This document shows, one piece after another, positions 32,677-45,756 of a DNA stretch of 55,361 nucleotides. This DNA is from Spongospora subterranea f. sp. subterranea (lineage: Eukaryota). The position numbers and the translations under genes are program-made. How positions within the stretch are numbered: position 1 is the stretch's first letter; each line of letters opens with the position of its first letter. Under the pieces are notes generated by a model. It ran no database searches, was not told where the DNA came from, and was given only the letters and a program-made list of their open reading frames with translations. The stretch is from assembly GCA_049724395.1 (NCBI GenBank), contig JAUGWO010000005.1, positions 62,001 to 117,361 of the forward strand, written 5' to 3'.

Positions 32677-35600
32677 TCAGAGTTTTGCTTTGCAGAAGGT
32701 CAACAATTGTGGCGGCGATGGGTGTACTAGTTTACACTCCTGCTCTATCATAGCCAACTCCAGCGCTGTCGAGCCATAAGACTTGAAGGTGCGGCAGGCG
32801 CCTTTTTTTAAAAAAACCCGAACCAGATCGACCCTGAAATTTAGTCAGATTAGTCAATCAATTGAAGGTGGTTGATCAGGACGTAATTTGCCCAACCGTT
32901 GTTGCGAAACTGCCAAATGTAGAGCAGTTTTGTCACACGCCAGTTTTGGAGGTTGAGTAGTTGTTTGTCCCACGTTCCACAGAAAATGTCTTGCGGTTTC
33001 CTGTGAGATTTATTTTAGCGATTTCGATGTTTTAGACATATGTGTGAACATGGACAGGCCACAAAGACTCAGCAATCCACCAAAGCACCCAAACCATCTC
33101 TTCAGGTTATCCTGCCACACTTGACGGAGAGCCTTTGCTTCAATGATATCAATTACGATCTGCTCACTTCTGTGAGACATAAATCAGATCATTTGACAAT
33201 ATATCGAAATTCGGTCAGTATACAGGTCATGCAATACTGCAAGGTGCAGAACTGTATTCTTGTTAGTAGTTAGGAGCCATGGGATTGGCGCCTCTCTCCA
33301 ACAGATCCTTAACAACGCTCTTCGCTAACATATCACTTCTTATTGAGTTGATGATCAGTGTCAAATGCCAATTACGACCAACCGATTACTTTTAACCGCT
33401 TTATGGAGAAGAGTGTTTCCATCACTGTGGCTGGTAGTTGACATCCATGTTTTTGAATGTTCAAAATAATGAATTCGTCAGTCCTGTGAGCACTCCAAAT
33501 CATGTTTGAATAGTTGAAGCAGAATTGAGCAATTTACAGGAACCAAGGCATATCGAAATGCAAGAGTGTGTTCCCATAATTATCCGCTAAAATGCGGATC
33601 AGCACCTCTTTCAAACAACAGTTTGCCGATATTGATGACTCGCTGCAAAACCCCATAATCAACGGGTCCAGATCCAGACAGTAAACTTTACCAACCGCGA
33701 AAAACAGAAAGGCTAACAAGAGAGCAGTTTGACCCTGATGGTTCCTCAGATTGATTATATCGCACGCGGCAATCTGTCTGTGAGATGAAATCAGTGACTT
33801 GAATGTGCTAGGTTTACGTTTGAGCGGATACCGATCATCATGAGTTCACTTTTCCATTCAAACACCCAGAAATTTTGGTCATTTGATACTGTCGCCCAGA
33901 TCATCAGACCGCCTTGGGCATCGCGTAGCATCAAGTATATGAACGAGTATCTGCTCATTTCTGTGAGATTCCAATCAGGTACCATTAATATTAGCAAATT
34001 AAAATAGCATACACGTCACTGATGTATTGCACGATGCAATGCTGTATTTCCAGATTTGTCAGCAATCGTAGGATTGGCGCCTTTATCCAACAGATACTTG
34101 ACCACCAATTCCCTAACAAATCAGTTGAATTTAAGGGCTGCTCAGTGTCCAACACAAATCACGCCCAACCGATGAACCCTAATAGCAAGATGGAGAATTG
34201 TGGACCCATCAATGTATCGGTGGTTGACATCAACGTTCTGTATCATTGAGATGAAGATTTCGTCGGTCCTGTGTTCACCTCAGGGAATATTTGAAAATTT
34301 TGTGAGATTTCAACAATTTACATGAATCTGTCCTCAAATGGCCATATACTCGTTATGGAGGGATCGGCACCATTCTCCAACAGAGTTTGGGCGGTACCAG
34401 CACTGTTAATCAGAAAAAAGGTGAATGAATTTTGATGAGTCCTACACAGTAATTTGATTAACCTGCGCGCAGCTGCCATGAAAAGAGCAGTTCGCCCGTT
34501 CTGCTCCCGCAGATTGATTATTCCATCGCACGACTGATTCAATACTTCAATAACGAGGTCTTTGTTTCTGTGAGATCAAATCAGCCATTCAAATGTGCTG
34601 GATTCAAACTGAAGTAATATACAGGCCACGATTAATCAACCTGTGAATTATACTCGCATAGAAGCGTTCCGTCATCTCACTTTGTAGCAGAAGGTGAGAT
34701 GGTTTTGGCCTCCCCGCATGAATGATATGAATGATGATCTGCTGACTTCTGTGAAACTTGAATCAGAATTCATGGTATATATTCAAAGATCAGTGCAGAA
34801 TACAGGCCATGCAGAGTTGCGAGGTGTAGTGCTGTAAGGCCCTGGTGATCAGCAATAATGGGATTGGCCCCTCTATCCAACAGATCCTTGACCAAAACCT
34901 CCCTAATTACCAGTTTTCTTGTGGCGATGATCTGTCAAACAACAAAATTACGACCAACCGTTTACAGTTTATAGCAGTGTGGAGGATTGTTGCCCCATTG
35001 TTGTTCCGGTCGTTGACATTCATATGTTGTATGCACGAGAGAATGATTTCGCCTGACCTTTGAGCACATCATTAAAAACTTCGCTGGTTGGTGAGATTTG
35101 GTGCGTTTACAATGGAGATGGCATGTTGATATGAAATGGGGTGTTCCCGTCATTATCCTTTATAGAGGGATCGGACCCTCTGTCCAACAGATCCTTTACC
35201 ACAACTCCTCTAAAAAACCAGTTTCTGAGGCGCTGAACTGTGTCAAAGAACAAAATAACGACCAACCGTTCATACTTTATAGCCGTATGGAGCAGTGTGG
35301 ACCCTTTGTTGTTCCGGTGGTTGACATTCATATGTTGTATGCATGAGAAAATGATTTGGTCTGACCTGTGAGCACATTAGTATCCGCTTTGAAATTTGGT
35401 GAGATGTGGGCGATATACAATGCAGGTGGCATTCTAATGTGAAATGGAGTGTTCCCATTATTGTCCGTTATAGAGGGATCGGCACCTTTGTCCAACAGAA
35501 TTCGGACGAAATGAAAACTGGGGAAATGGAAACTTGAATTTGATGGCGCAAATAAGAAGTAACCAGTAGATCTTGACCAACCGGTTAGAAATAAGTGCCT

Positions 35601-36774
35601 GTAAGAGAGCAGTTTTCCCAAAATCGTTCCTGTGATTGATTATTTCCGAAGTCGCCAAATGATGAGCACATGGACTCCTGTGAAATCAAATCAGCGACTT
35701 CAATGATTTCGACAGACAGGTTAACCCTATACAGGTCATTATGAATTATTTTGCCACTTAAACACATTGAAGGGTCCGTCATCCCATTCAGGTTCAGAAT
35801 ATCGACCGTTTTTCGCCTAGCAGTATCAATTATCTGAATAATAATCTCTTCACTCCTGTGAGATTTCAATCAGATGTGTTCGATATACAAATAAACAGAT
35901 TAGAGCAGTTTACAGGTTATTCTTTACTGCAAGGTGCAATGGTGTATTCCCATATCTGTCAGCAATCTTGGGATCGGCCCCTCTGTCCAACAGACTCTTG
36001 ACAATCACGTTCCTATAATCCGGTTGAAATTATTGACAGGACATCAAAATCAAACAGTATATTCGACCAACCGATTATAACGAGCTGCCATGTGGATTGG
36101 GGTATCACCAGCCGAGTTTTTGATATCAATCACCTCTGGTTTCAACATTTTGATCTTGTCCAAGATCTTGATGACGGCGATACTTCTATGAACGTTTAAG
36201 ATAAGATGTGATACCATGTGATGAGGAATATAATACAGGCCCTGAAAAGCCGCGATGTGCAATGGAGTATTCCCATATTGATCTGTTAACAATAGATTGG
36301 CCCCTCTGTCTATTATGATGATGGCGACATTTTCCCTATTGACGGTAAAAGACCTGCAAAACAGAGCCCTTGTCACCTTTAGTTTACCGGTTGTATAAAA
36401 GTGCCATATTGATAGTTGTGGTGCGAAGCGTCAATGACCTATCCTGTGATGTTTTGGATTAGTGTAATATTGTATCAGTCCCCCTATAACGTTCAAACCA
36501 TTCCGTTCCATAGTCCCCGAATATTAGCGCTGAGTGGAATTGTATAGGGGCGATTAATGAACTCCTCCTCAATCTCATAAGCCAATTTCTCAGCTAATTC
36601 ATCTCTAGATAATTCGATTAGTCATTTACAGCATAACTCAACACAAGTACTCGATATGGACCCGTTTTCTAATGCAGTATGTAAGACATCTTGTGTTGTT
36701 TGGACAGTCATTGAGACCCCCGACCTCACTATCATCATCATCATCACAATCTCTGCAATACCTGTTCTTGTCAT
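32677..36774 (-). CDS. Multi-exon ankyrin-repeat protein, inverted paralog (copy B) of 14464-18528
   Basis: Collinear reverse-complement similarity to copy A from the ATG region to beyond the stop; shared peptides such as DRGANLLLTDQYGNTPLHIAAF and VIDIKNSAGDTP. Confidence 0.8.
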
Positions 36775-37199
36775 AACGTTATCACAATAATGACCAATTA
36801 CTCACCAGACTGTGATCTAATAGAGTAGAGGGGCTATAATTATCTCGTCTGTCACTTTATTACGGGAACAGACGAGGTAATGAAATAAAACGGGACACTA
36901 GATATCAGTCTGAGAGTAAGGTCAAGTGGGCTTGTACTTGTGGGTCTGGAGACTAAGGCATGAATGGACCGTAGATATAGAACCTAATTGCCTGGAAACA
37001 GATCAACTACAGTAGTTCTGTACCCGATTCGGTCCAGCACAATCATTGTTCCTTTGAGTCATTTTAGACTTTTCAGTCCACGATATCCAAATTTATTTTG
37101 AAACAACGAGATCGTCTTTCAACACACGCAAACTGATGAGTGAAACACTTAACATCATTTATTCATGATTTTGTTCATAATAGAGTTGTGTACTTGGAA

Positions 37200-39372
37200 T
37201 ATTCCGAAGCACTCGCAGTGCTTTCGATTTTGACGCTTTTGAAAAAGACGTTTCTGAGTATCCCAAGACCGCGTGCATTTCGAAGTTCAACGACTCCATC
37301 GCGGATTCGTGATCAGTCGTCTCAGATGAAGACTCGGAAGGAGCTGCATTTGAGGAGTCGCTGCTTCGGCCCCTCGCTAAGTGGACTTTAAACTCATATT
37401 GAAATCCACCACGAAAACCATAACATTCCTGCCACTCGAACGTATTGTTCGCGTGGTTGGAGGACATGCGCCAAATTTTACATCGAAGAGACAAACATAA
37501 AAGTAATAAACAAGCGACCATAACTTGAGTTACCAGGCGAAACAACAGACTGATCCCTCTGACGTCTTGTGAGTGGGCATCTAGAGATTCCAGATCTATG
37601 GTCAATCCCATTGCGACCAGAGTGGATACATGACCGACACTCTTGACCACCAAACGCGACTCGTTTGGTTGCGAAGCCGATACAAGCAGGGCGCGGACGG
37701 GCTCGAACTGGTGACAACCCGGAGCAGAAAGGTTCATTTCCACCAATTAGGCTTCGGAACCCCTTTCCCTTGATTATGTACACGTTTTTCTTGCAAAATC
37801 GAAAATTAACACGACTTGAAACCGACAAGCAGCTTGTCTACAATAAAATCGCCCGCGCTGGACGATTGCTTATACCCCAAACAATTTCACTGCCCGCTGA
37901 GCATCCATTCGATGAGGGCTTCGGTTAACATGAAAATTTTTAGACCTTGCAAAAGTCTGAATTTTTTCAGCAAATCCTGGTAGAAGATGAATGAATCACC
38001 TGGAGATCCACCACCGGATACGCGAACGTGAAAGGTACAACCACTGATTACAAGTATTGATAACCGAGTAGGACGCCAAAAGCTGTTGATATACCTCGCA
38101 TTAACAGAGGCATTATCGCCTGCGAATTTGCGAACAACCACTGCTTTACAAGTATTAAAAAACCATTAGATGCCCAAAAGCGAATGAAACACTTGGCTCC
38201 GCCTGATTATAGACGACCATGTTCGACAAGTGGACTGTTCTTTAGGTGTCATACACCAAGGGTGAGATACGGTTCTGTAGGTGTATTGATAGAGGCGCTG
38301 TCTGATACACCCGACAACAGGGGAGAAAGATATATTGCGAGATAGCCATCGGTTTCGATGCGTCGTGATACTGTCAAGACGAAATTGCCCAGTTCGGATC
38401 ACGTTGATCATCGATATCGTACATAACACCACAAGTCTAAAACATTTCTCAAATCAGGCACCTCACTCATATCAACATCGCTATCATCTTTAGGTGGTAA
38501 AGCGCAAACCATTCTCTTGGTTGACTTAACATGATGCGATCGGAAAATTGGCCTGTTCTTCCATGTGCACGATGAGTTATCCTTTGTGAAATTAGTGGGA
38601 AATATCATCTCACATTGGATACGGTGCACAGTTTCATTGTTTCAGAAGGCGCATTCAACTTGATCAATCATCATCAGTACTGTGTTATACGTCGTTCATA
38701 AATACGATCCCATCTGTGGAAACAAACACCTTATCCCAATGATCAACTTCATTCTTCAGTGTACTGGTTTTCTCTGGTGCCGCTGAATTTCGCTCAATTC
38801 AAAATGGAGGTTTCATTGGTGCTGGTAAACTTTGAGTATCAGATCAATTACGTGTTCCCAGCTCGAGTCTTTTAATTTCTTAGAAGAATAGTTCAATTTA
38901 TTTGGCATTAATCTTTTTTTTTATTTGAATAAGCTTTGTCAGAATCCTTCATCACGTTCCACCAACGTATTTCATTGAGCATTTCATTTGTGACACCAAA
39001 CAATCCGATTTGTTCGGGAACGCGGAGCTGGCTGTGGGAACAAATCACGGGTACTAGGATTTACCAGAATCTGGGATGAACAAAGGCGTATTAACTATCG
39101 CTGATAACGAGATCTGGGAACCTAAATGGTTCGGTATTAGAGTTGAACCAGGGCCAAATCGGCAACAGGTATATCTTCTATCTGCAAATATCGATAGACC
39201 TTACAGTGGTCTTCAACATGAGGCACAACTGCATATGACGCTTTGGTTTATCTAAATGATCATAGAGTATGTGGTACATGTCAATCCAACTTCTTCTATG
39301 TTTTACAGTAGGGGATTATCTGTCAGGCAATCATACACAATCCCCTTCATTGTCGGATTCACCAGATGACAT
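37200..39372 (-). pseudogene. Decayed intron-containing gene, possibly a DDE (hAT/MULE-like) transposase
   Basis: ATG at 39372 followed by GT-AG intervals and stops; FAGDNASVN...ISGCTFHV (D...CxxH) and a C-x2-C-x8-H-x6-C string (CRSCIHSGRNGIDHRSGISRC). Family assignment is tentative. Confidence 0.35.
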
Positions 39373-40031
39373 ATCTGACAAACCGGCTTCTTTCAAGCTG
39401 TAAACGGTTATTGATAGATGGCCATAGACTATCGCCTTAATTGTCTGTATCACCAGACTATTGCCACTATGAGACATCAGTCGGCAATCTGAGGAGAACA
39501 TCGAATATTTCATACATATGTTTTCCACACTTGGCCCGGCGCCCTGATATCCCATCGACCCGACGATCCTTGACTCGATACGAACAACAGCTCTTTCGGG
39601 TAAGACTCGTTGGGGATGTTTGGGCGCCGGGTTTTTTGGGGGACGTGGCTTTCATTCAATGGAATGCGCTGGCACGACTCCCGATTTTCTCTATTCTAAT
39701 TCTGCCTAATGCACTCTGGAATTGTTGTCGCAAACAATATCAAGAAGGAGCGAACACACATTATTGCGAGATTCGAACAGGAGTGTGTTCATACTGCGAT
39801 TTGTCATTTCTTCATATTCCATCAATGAAACCCCTAAAGTTGTACAACAAACTGTTCGCGAATTTGTTTTTGGTTTGAACGACTATCAATTGGGAAAGGG
39901 ATCAGCAGAACTGGTACCCGCTTCAAGCGTCAGAAGGAATGTTGACGATGCGATTGGTATAGTGAGGAGATCATTGCGAGCTCTATGATGTGTGTACTCG
40001 ATCACTAACAACCGGGGTCGTTGTTCACATC

Positions 40032-41744
40032 ATGACCACCGCCGCTCCCGGTCTGGATCCTCTACCGAGGAAATCGATGGACGCCTGGATCAGGGATCTG
40101 GGGCTAGGGCAGTACTCCACCATCCTACAGAACCAGCACATCTCCATCGACGAGATACTGTTGATGGACGACACGCAACTCGCCGAAATCGGGATCAAAA
40201 ACCAATCGCATCGACGTGTTATATTGGATTGGTCGCGATCTGAACGCGAAGGTGATCGTGGCCGGGAAGTTTCGTTCGCAAACCTAATTGCTATTGTTTT
40301 TCCGACCAGGTGGCGTCCGATTACAGATTGTGGGCGATGAGATCAATGAGCAACTGGCGTTGACCTTGATCGCCATCCACATCGGGGAGCCGCTATCGGT
40401 CGGCGATCGTATCGCCTATTTCGACTCGAACGCGTTGACCTATCGTCTTGGGCTCGTGTCTGGACCTGTTGGTCAGACGGTCGTCGCCAGGAAATCGGGA
40501 ATCGCCATCGAGACCCAACCGAACACGATTCAGGTCAACCCAGAACTCAACCAAATTCGCCGAGATTCACAATGATTGCGATAGATTATGGATATCATTG
40601 ATGTTTTACGATTTTGTAACGAGGTGATTGTCGTGATCAAATGTGGCGCATGGAGTCGGTAATTCGTTTGCCACAGGGTGTTCCAGCGGAATGGCTTCGT
40701 GGCCGAGTATTGGGTGAGGGTGCGTTCGGTTGCGTTTTCGAAGTAATTTCGGGCCCGTTGTTCAATGTTCGGATTCGCGATATCGATCTCTCCGGGTTTT
40801 TTAGGCAATTGACGTCAATACCGGATCGCGATTGGCGATCAAACAGATCCCGATTCGCCCGTCCATCAGGTGCAAGAAGAACGGGGCGATCGATCAGACG
40901 GTTGAGCAGTGATCGCGCTCTCCCCTTGGCCTAATCGCCCCTGATCTTGAACACTTTCCAGATCAGTAAACTGTGCAACGAGATCACCGTCATTCGCCTG
41001 CTGACCCACGACAATATCGTGAGGTTCATCGGGACCCGTATCGATCACGCCCGTTCGTGTCTGTACATCTTCATGGAGCTGGTCTCGGGTGGATCCCTTT
41101 ACCAGGTCGTTCGAGAATATGGCCCTCTCCCTGAGTCCCTGATCCAGAACTACACTTGCCAGGTCGGTTTACTCAAGGAAAACTTACCGAGGTCGTTGGC
41201 CATGTCCATCGTTTTGCCAGATACTGTACGGTCTGGAGTATTTACACGATCATGGGATTGTCCATCGCGATATTAAAGGGAGCAATATCCTCGTGTCTGG
41301 TCAGGGCGTGGTGAAGCTAGCGGATTTCGGTGCCGCTCGATTACTGCAAGACGCGTGCGAGGTCGACGATCTGGCGTCGAATACGGTCTGTGGGACACCG
41401 AGCTGGATGGCGCCAGAAGCGCTTGTGGAGAACGGGTTGGTGAAAGTGAATACGCGTTAGAATAGGGCGTGATCTGATTCCTGGACAGATATGGACCGAG
41501 CTGTGATATCTGGAGCTTGGGCTGTACGATAATCGAGATGGGATCAGGACGACGACCGTGGGATCCCGATATGGATCAGTATCAGGTCCTCTGGGCGTTA
41601 TCGCAATCGGATCGGATCCCGGCGATACCGTCGAACCTGTCGGAGATGGCCATGGACTTCTGCCGGCAATGTCTGGTTCGTGACCCGAGAACCAGGCCCA
41701 CATCGAGACAGCTGTTGAATCATCCATGGATTAAAACAACATAA
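40032..41744 (+). CDS. SAM-domain MAP kinase kinase kinase (Ste11-like), multi-exon
   Basis: [40 protein letters not shown]...HRRVIL; kinase: [73 protein letters not shown]. Confidence 0.9.
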
Positions 41745-42149
41745 ACTACAATCCTCCCAGATCGTGCGATTCGGCAATAAAAGTCACGATGGGTTGGGGT
41801 TTATCGGTAAATGGAGGAACCTAAATAAACACTACGATAAAATGAGGGCCAAGTTGCTGACGGTTTCAAGGGCGTTGGTGCTCGAGCGGTGATCAGAGCT
41901 CACAGGTGGTTTCCAATATGGACAGAATCGTTCAGATGATGAGAATGTGTTCCTTCAACATGACGAAAACACAGATCCTTTCCAGAAACTACCTTCAGTT
42001 TAGACACGTTACGAAATCATGAAAACATTCGTGATTGTGGTGGGCACAACATGAGAATCAGGTTGTCAATCGGCGAAACCGGCTAGCGTTGTTAATCACA
42101 AACGATAATGTGAAAATATCCAACATCGAGTGCACAAACAAGTGAGCTA

Positions 42150-42370
42150 AACGCAACCTGGTCAATACTAGTCGAACCATCAAGCAACGCGTTCTCAGAG
42201 TAGATCAAGATGTCGTCGAGGTAATCAATTGGTCCAGATGTTCACGGAGAACTCGTTCATAAAACTCTGGGAGCGTTAATCAGAGACAAAAGAAACAAAC
42301 GGCATTACCGAATACTCGAAGTTGACATATTTTACAGCACCTTGTGGTCTTCCACTCGTCTCCGGATCGT
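42150..42370 (-). mobile_element. Short Gypsy reverse-transcriptase relic
   Basis: Reverse strand gives DEWKT... and YLDDILIYSEN, with frameshifts. Confidence 0.6.
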
Positions 42371-42587
42371 ATTTCCTTTATATCGCGACGCGGTTCAGAC
42401 AGAGGCGGAGCCCGTTTCCCAGTCTCAAGACGGCCAAGACGTTGGGATTATGAGTGGCCAGAAAATAACTCTGAACAGATTTCATTTATCTAATTCACCA
42501 TTTTTTTGTTTTCTTTTCTAAGAGTTTCCAGGTGCTTTACGACGAGACAAACTGGGTTTTACGAGTTTTTTTTCCTGTTTTTTCCAG

Positions 42588-43175
42588 CTGATGGCGGAGC
42601 CCGTTTCCTCAGACTGATGGCGGAGCCCGTTTCCTCAGAGTCTCAGACTGATGGAGGAGCCCGTTTCCTCAGACTGATGGCGGAGCCCGTTTCCTCAGAC
42701 TGATGGCGGAGCCCGTTTCCTCAGAGTCTCAGACTGATGGAGGAGCCCGTTTCCTCAGACTGATGGCGGAGCCCGTTTCCTCAGACTGATGGCGGAGCCC
42801 GTTTCCTCAGAGTCTCAGACTGATGGAGGAGCCCGTTTCCTCAGACTGATGGCGGAGCCCGTTTCCTCAGACTGATGGCGGAGCCCGTTTCCTCAGAGTC
42901 TCAGACTGATGGAGGAGCCCGTTTCCTCAGACTGATGGCGGAGCCCGTTTCCTCAGACTGATGGCGGAGCCCGTTTCCTCAGAGTCTCAGACTGATGGAG
43001 GAGCCCGTTTCCTCAGACTGATGGCGGAGCCCGTTTCCTCAGACTGATGGCGGAGCCCGTTTCCTCAGAGTCTCTGATCACACAGACTGATGGAGGAGCC
43101 CGTTTCCTCAGACTGATGGCGGAGCCCGTTTCCTCAGACTGATGGCGGAGCCCGTTTCCTCTGACTGTTGGCGGT
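42588..43175. repeat. 26-bp minisatellite (AGACTGATGG[C/A]GGAGCCCGTTTCCTC), ~20 units, 86-bp higher-order repeat
   Basis: 8-bp insert AGAGTCTC at 42637, 42723, 42809, 42895, 42981 and 43067 (exact 86-bp spacing); degenerate units at ~42396-42427 and at the right end. Confidence 0.95.
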
Positions 43176-43278
43176 GCCCATGATCACACACAGTGATGTA
43201 TATACACTATGACAGTGTTCAATCATTTGTTAAAAGAACCATTTGTATTATTGATCCGCCATAACATTGGTGTTCCAG

Positions 43279-43692
43279 ATGGTTCGTGGCGTCGTCTTCG
43301 ATTCGTCGACCACATTGACGGCTGTATATTCTGCTTCAACGTCCTCGCTCCCCCCGTCAAAAGTCATCAGTAAGCGCCGTGAGAAATTTGGCGATTCCGT
43401 CCCGACCCCAACGATATCCCCGGTCAGCACTCGCAGATCTAGCCGAGGTAGGGGAGGAGGCAGAGGATTTTCGCATGGAGGTTTCGCTGGCAGAGGGCGT
43501 GGGCGAGGACGAGGGGGTCGCGGTAGAGGAGCTCCGCCCATCCATCACCATAAGACATGGGTCAATAGTAATCAGGCCGACGTAAAACGGACCAACTCAC
43601 GCCAATCGTCGGCGTCAAAGGAGTCCCTTGACCAAGATCTTGAATCCTATTGGAAACCGAATCAGCAATCTCAAGACGCACCTAACCAATAA
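43279..43692 (+). CDS. Small RGG-rich protein with CHTOP/FoP (ALYREF-type) C-terminal motif
   Basis: RGRGGGRG...GRGRGRGRGGRGRG tract and C-terminal SKESLDQDLESYW resembling the FoP/UAP56-binding motif. Confidence 0.65.
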   Translation: MVRGVVFDSSTTLTAVYSASTSSLPPSKVISKRREKFGDSVPTPTISPVSTRRSSRGRGGGRGFSHGGFAGRGRGRGRGGRGRGAPPIHHHKTWVNSNQADVKRTNSRQSSASKESLDQDLESYWKPNQQSQDAPNQ

Positions 43693-43780
43693 ATTATTCC
43701 TCTTAGACAGCGATCTTGTACCGAATTGATCCAATCGACCCGGTATTTGATATCTTGGCAAGCAATTACCCAAATTCACC

Positions 43781-45756
43781 ATGGCGTCGGTGATATCATC
43801 GGCCGTATTACAGAAGATCAAATCAGATCCGACCACGATCTACGCTGATAGTAATACGATCGTTTTATCGGCTGATGATCTGGTCCGGCTGAAAGAATCC
43901 AGCGTGATATTGTCGATCAACGATAAATTACGGCTGAAGAATGAGGCCGAGGAGGCGCGACAAGCACGACAGGCGAAGGCGAAAGCGAGGAAAGCTCGTA
44001 TGATGGAATTGGAATTCCTAAGAAAATCACAGGTTTGGTGAACACAACGAAGGAAGTGGAGATCGTAATGAGTGAGATTTGAGGTTTTGCAGAGCAGCGA
44101 ACTGTCGGAATTGGATGTGGAAGACGCCAGAGCCAAGGAGGCGCTTTTGAAGAAGTGTAAACAGGCGGAAGATGAACAACACGACGATGTGAAGCGGATG
44201 AACCAGATGGTGCTGTATGCGAAATGCGTCACGATCAGGGATAAACAGGCACAACAGGCGGCGCAGATCAAGAAGGAGAACGAGGAACAGGAACAGCTGT
44301 TGGACATGATGATGGAGTGAGGGATAATAGAGCCATCTGGTGCTCGACACCGATATATGTCGACTGAATCGCGCCCTGGCACTCAGGTACGAGCGGCAGA
44401 AAGGGATTCACAAACAGAGGGCCCATGATCGCCAGGCGATTGCAGAAAGGAAGAAAGGTGAGTTTGGGTGGTCGGTGACAGGATCTCGTTGGGTTGAGAG
44501 GAATAACGGGACGCGGCAGGGGCGAAGATGATCGTTAATCAAATGCAGGAACGGGAGAAAACACGTCTGAGAGAGAAGGAAATGAAAGCGCAGGAAGGAA
44601 TGCAGTTGTTGGAGCAGGCGATCGCCAGAGAGAAACACGTTGAGGAGGAGAAACAACGGAAACAGAAGAGCGGTGCGGCTCTGCTGGCTGAGATTGTGGC
44701 CGCTAATCAAGAGCAAATGAGGGAAAAGGCGCGACGGAAACAGGTTCGTTTAATCAAAAGGGGATTGGACTGGATCAGGGGGGAAGAATTGGATTGACGA
44801 AGGAATGTGGCACCTCAGGCCGATCAGGAAGAGGACCTGAAGATCGCCGCCTATCTGAAGGACAAGGAGCAACGGGAGATCGCCCGAGACGAGCAGCTGG
44901 CCAAGATCAACGACGCCAAAGAGAAGGAGAAGAAGAAGCTACGAGAGGCGCGCGAGAAAGCCAACGATCACCAGGTCATGAATTGAACGGTCAAATTCGC
45001 TGAGACATCTGAACCGTTCTGTTCTAGGCCGAAATCGACGCTCTACGAGCGCGTCGGGCGTATGAAGACACCGAGAGGAAATGGCGCGCTCAGCAAGCGC
45101 AGAACGCTCAAAAGCATTCGCAGGTTCAGAAGGAGCTGGCGGCGGCCAGAGAGTTCCAGAGAATGGAGAAAGAGAGGAAGATGATCGAACAGGCGCATAA
45201 AGAACGCGAACACTTCCAGAAGATGTTGAACATTTTCGAGGAGCAGGTTCCGACTATGATATATTCAATTTGACCCGATGTTTTACACTAGTTTTACACA
45301 GGAGAAAGCCGATAAAATTCGCGATGTCGAAGAGCGGAAGAAACGCGCCGATTACGCTCAGTAAACTCATTGATCTTTTATCGATTCAGGACCTGTAGCT
45401 GAATCGCTGATCTTCTTAGTGTTCTAAGCGAGCAGATTGCCGATTTAGAGGCGCGCCGTATGGATCGGGCGAAAGTGATCGATCTTGGCGAGGTTTGAAA
45501 ACCGTCGTCGAGACCGATCCCAGTCATAGTGAGTTTGTGGAAACAGGTGACGCGACGCAATGCGATCGCCGAGCGAAAGAAACTGGAGTCGATCCGCAAG
45601 GAGAAGCTTTTGGAGCTGAAGAAGGCGGGCGTCCCCCCGAAATATCAGGCGGAACTGAAATCGTTCAAGGTGATTGATTTATTGAAATTACGATGGATGG
45701 CCAATTGACTAACGGGACCATACTCTCAGATAATGCAGACTCCCTCCATGGCATGA
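43781..45756 (+). CDS. CFAP45: Cilia- and flagella-associated protein 45 (CCDC19), multi-exon
   Basis: EQHDDVKRMNQMVLYAKCVTIRDKQ, AEIDALRARRAYEDTERKWR and KLLELKKAGVPPKYQAEL; trichohyalin-like E/K/R/Q coiled coil. Confidence 0.85.

Noticed and set aside
39441..39988. Plus-strand ORFs as 5' exons of the MAP3K
   Set aside because: A stop precedes the SAM-domain ATG and no convincing splice link or motif was found.
42588..43175. CRISPR array
   Set aside because: Units are adjacent with no unique spacers, there are no cas genes, and the context is eukaryotic.
42588..43175. Tandem hammerhead ribozymes (minus strand has CTGAGGA and GAAAC in every unit)
   Set aside because: The two core motifs overlap and I could not build stems I-III around them; an Infernal search would settle it.
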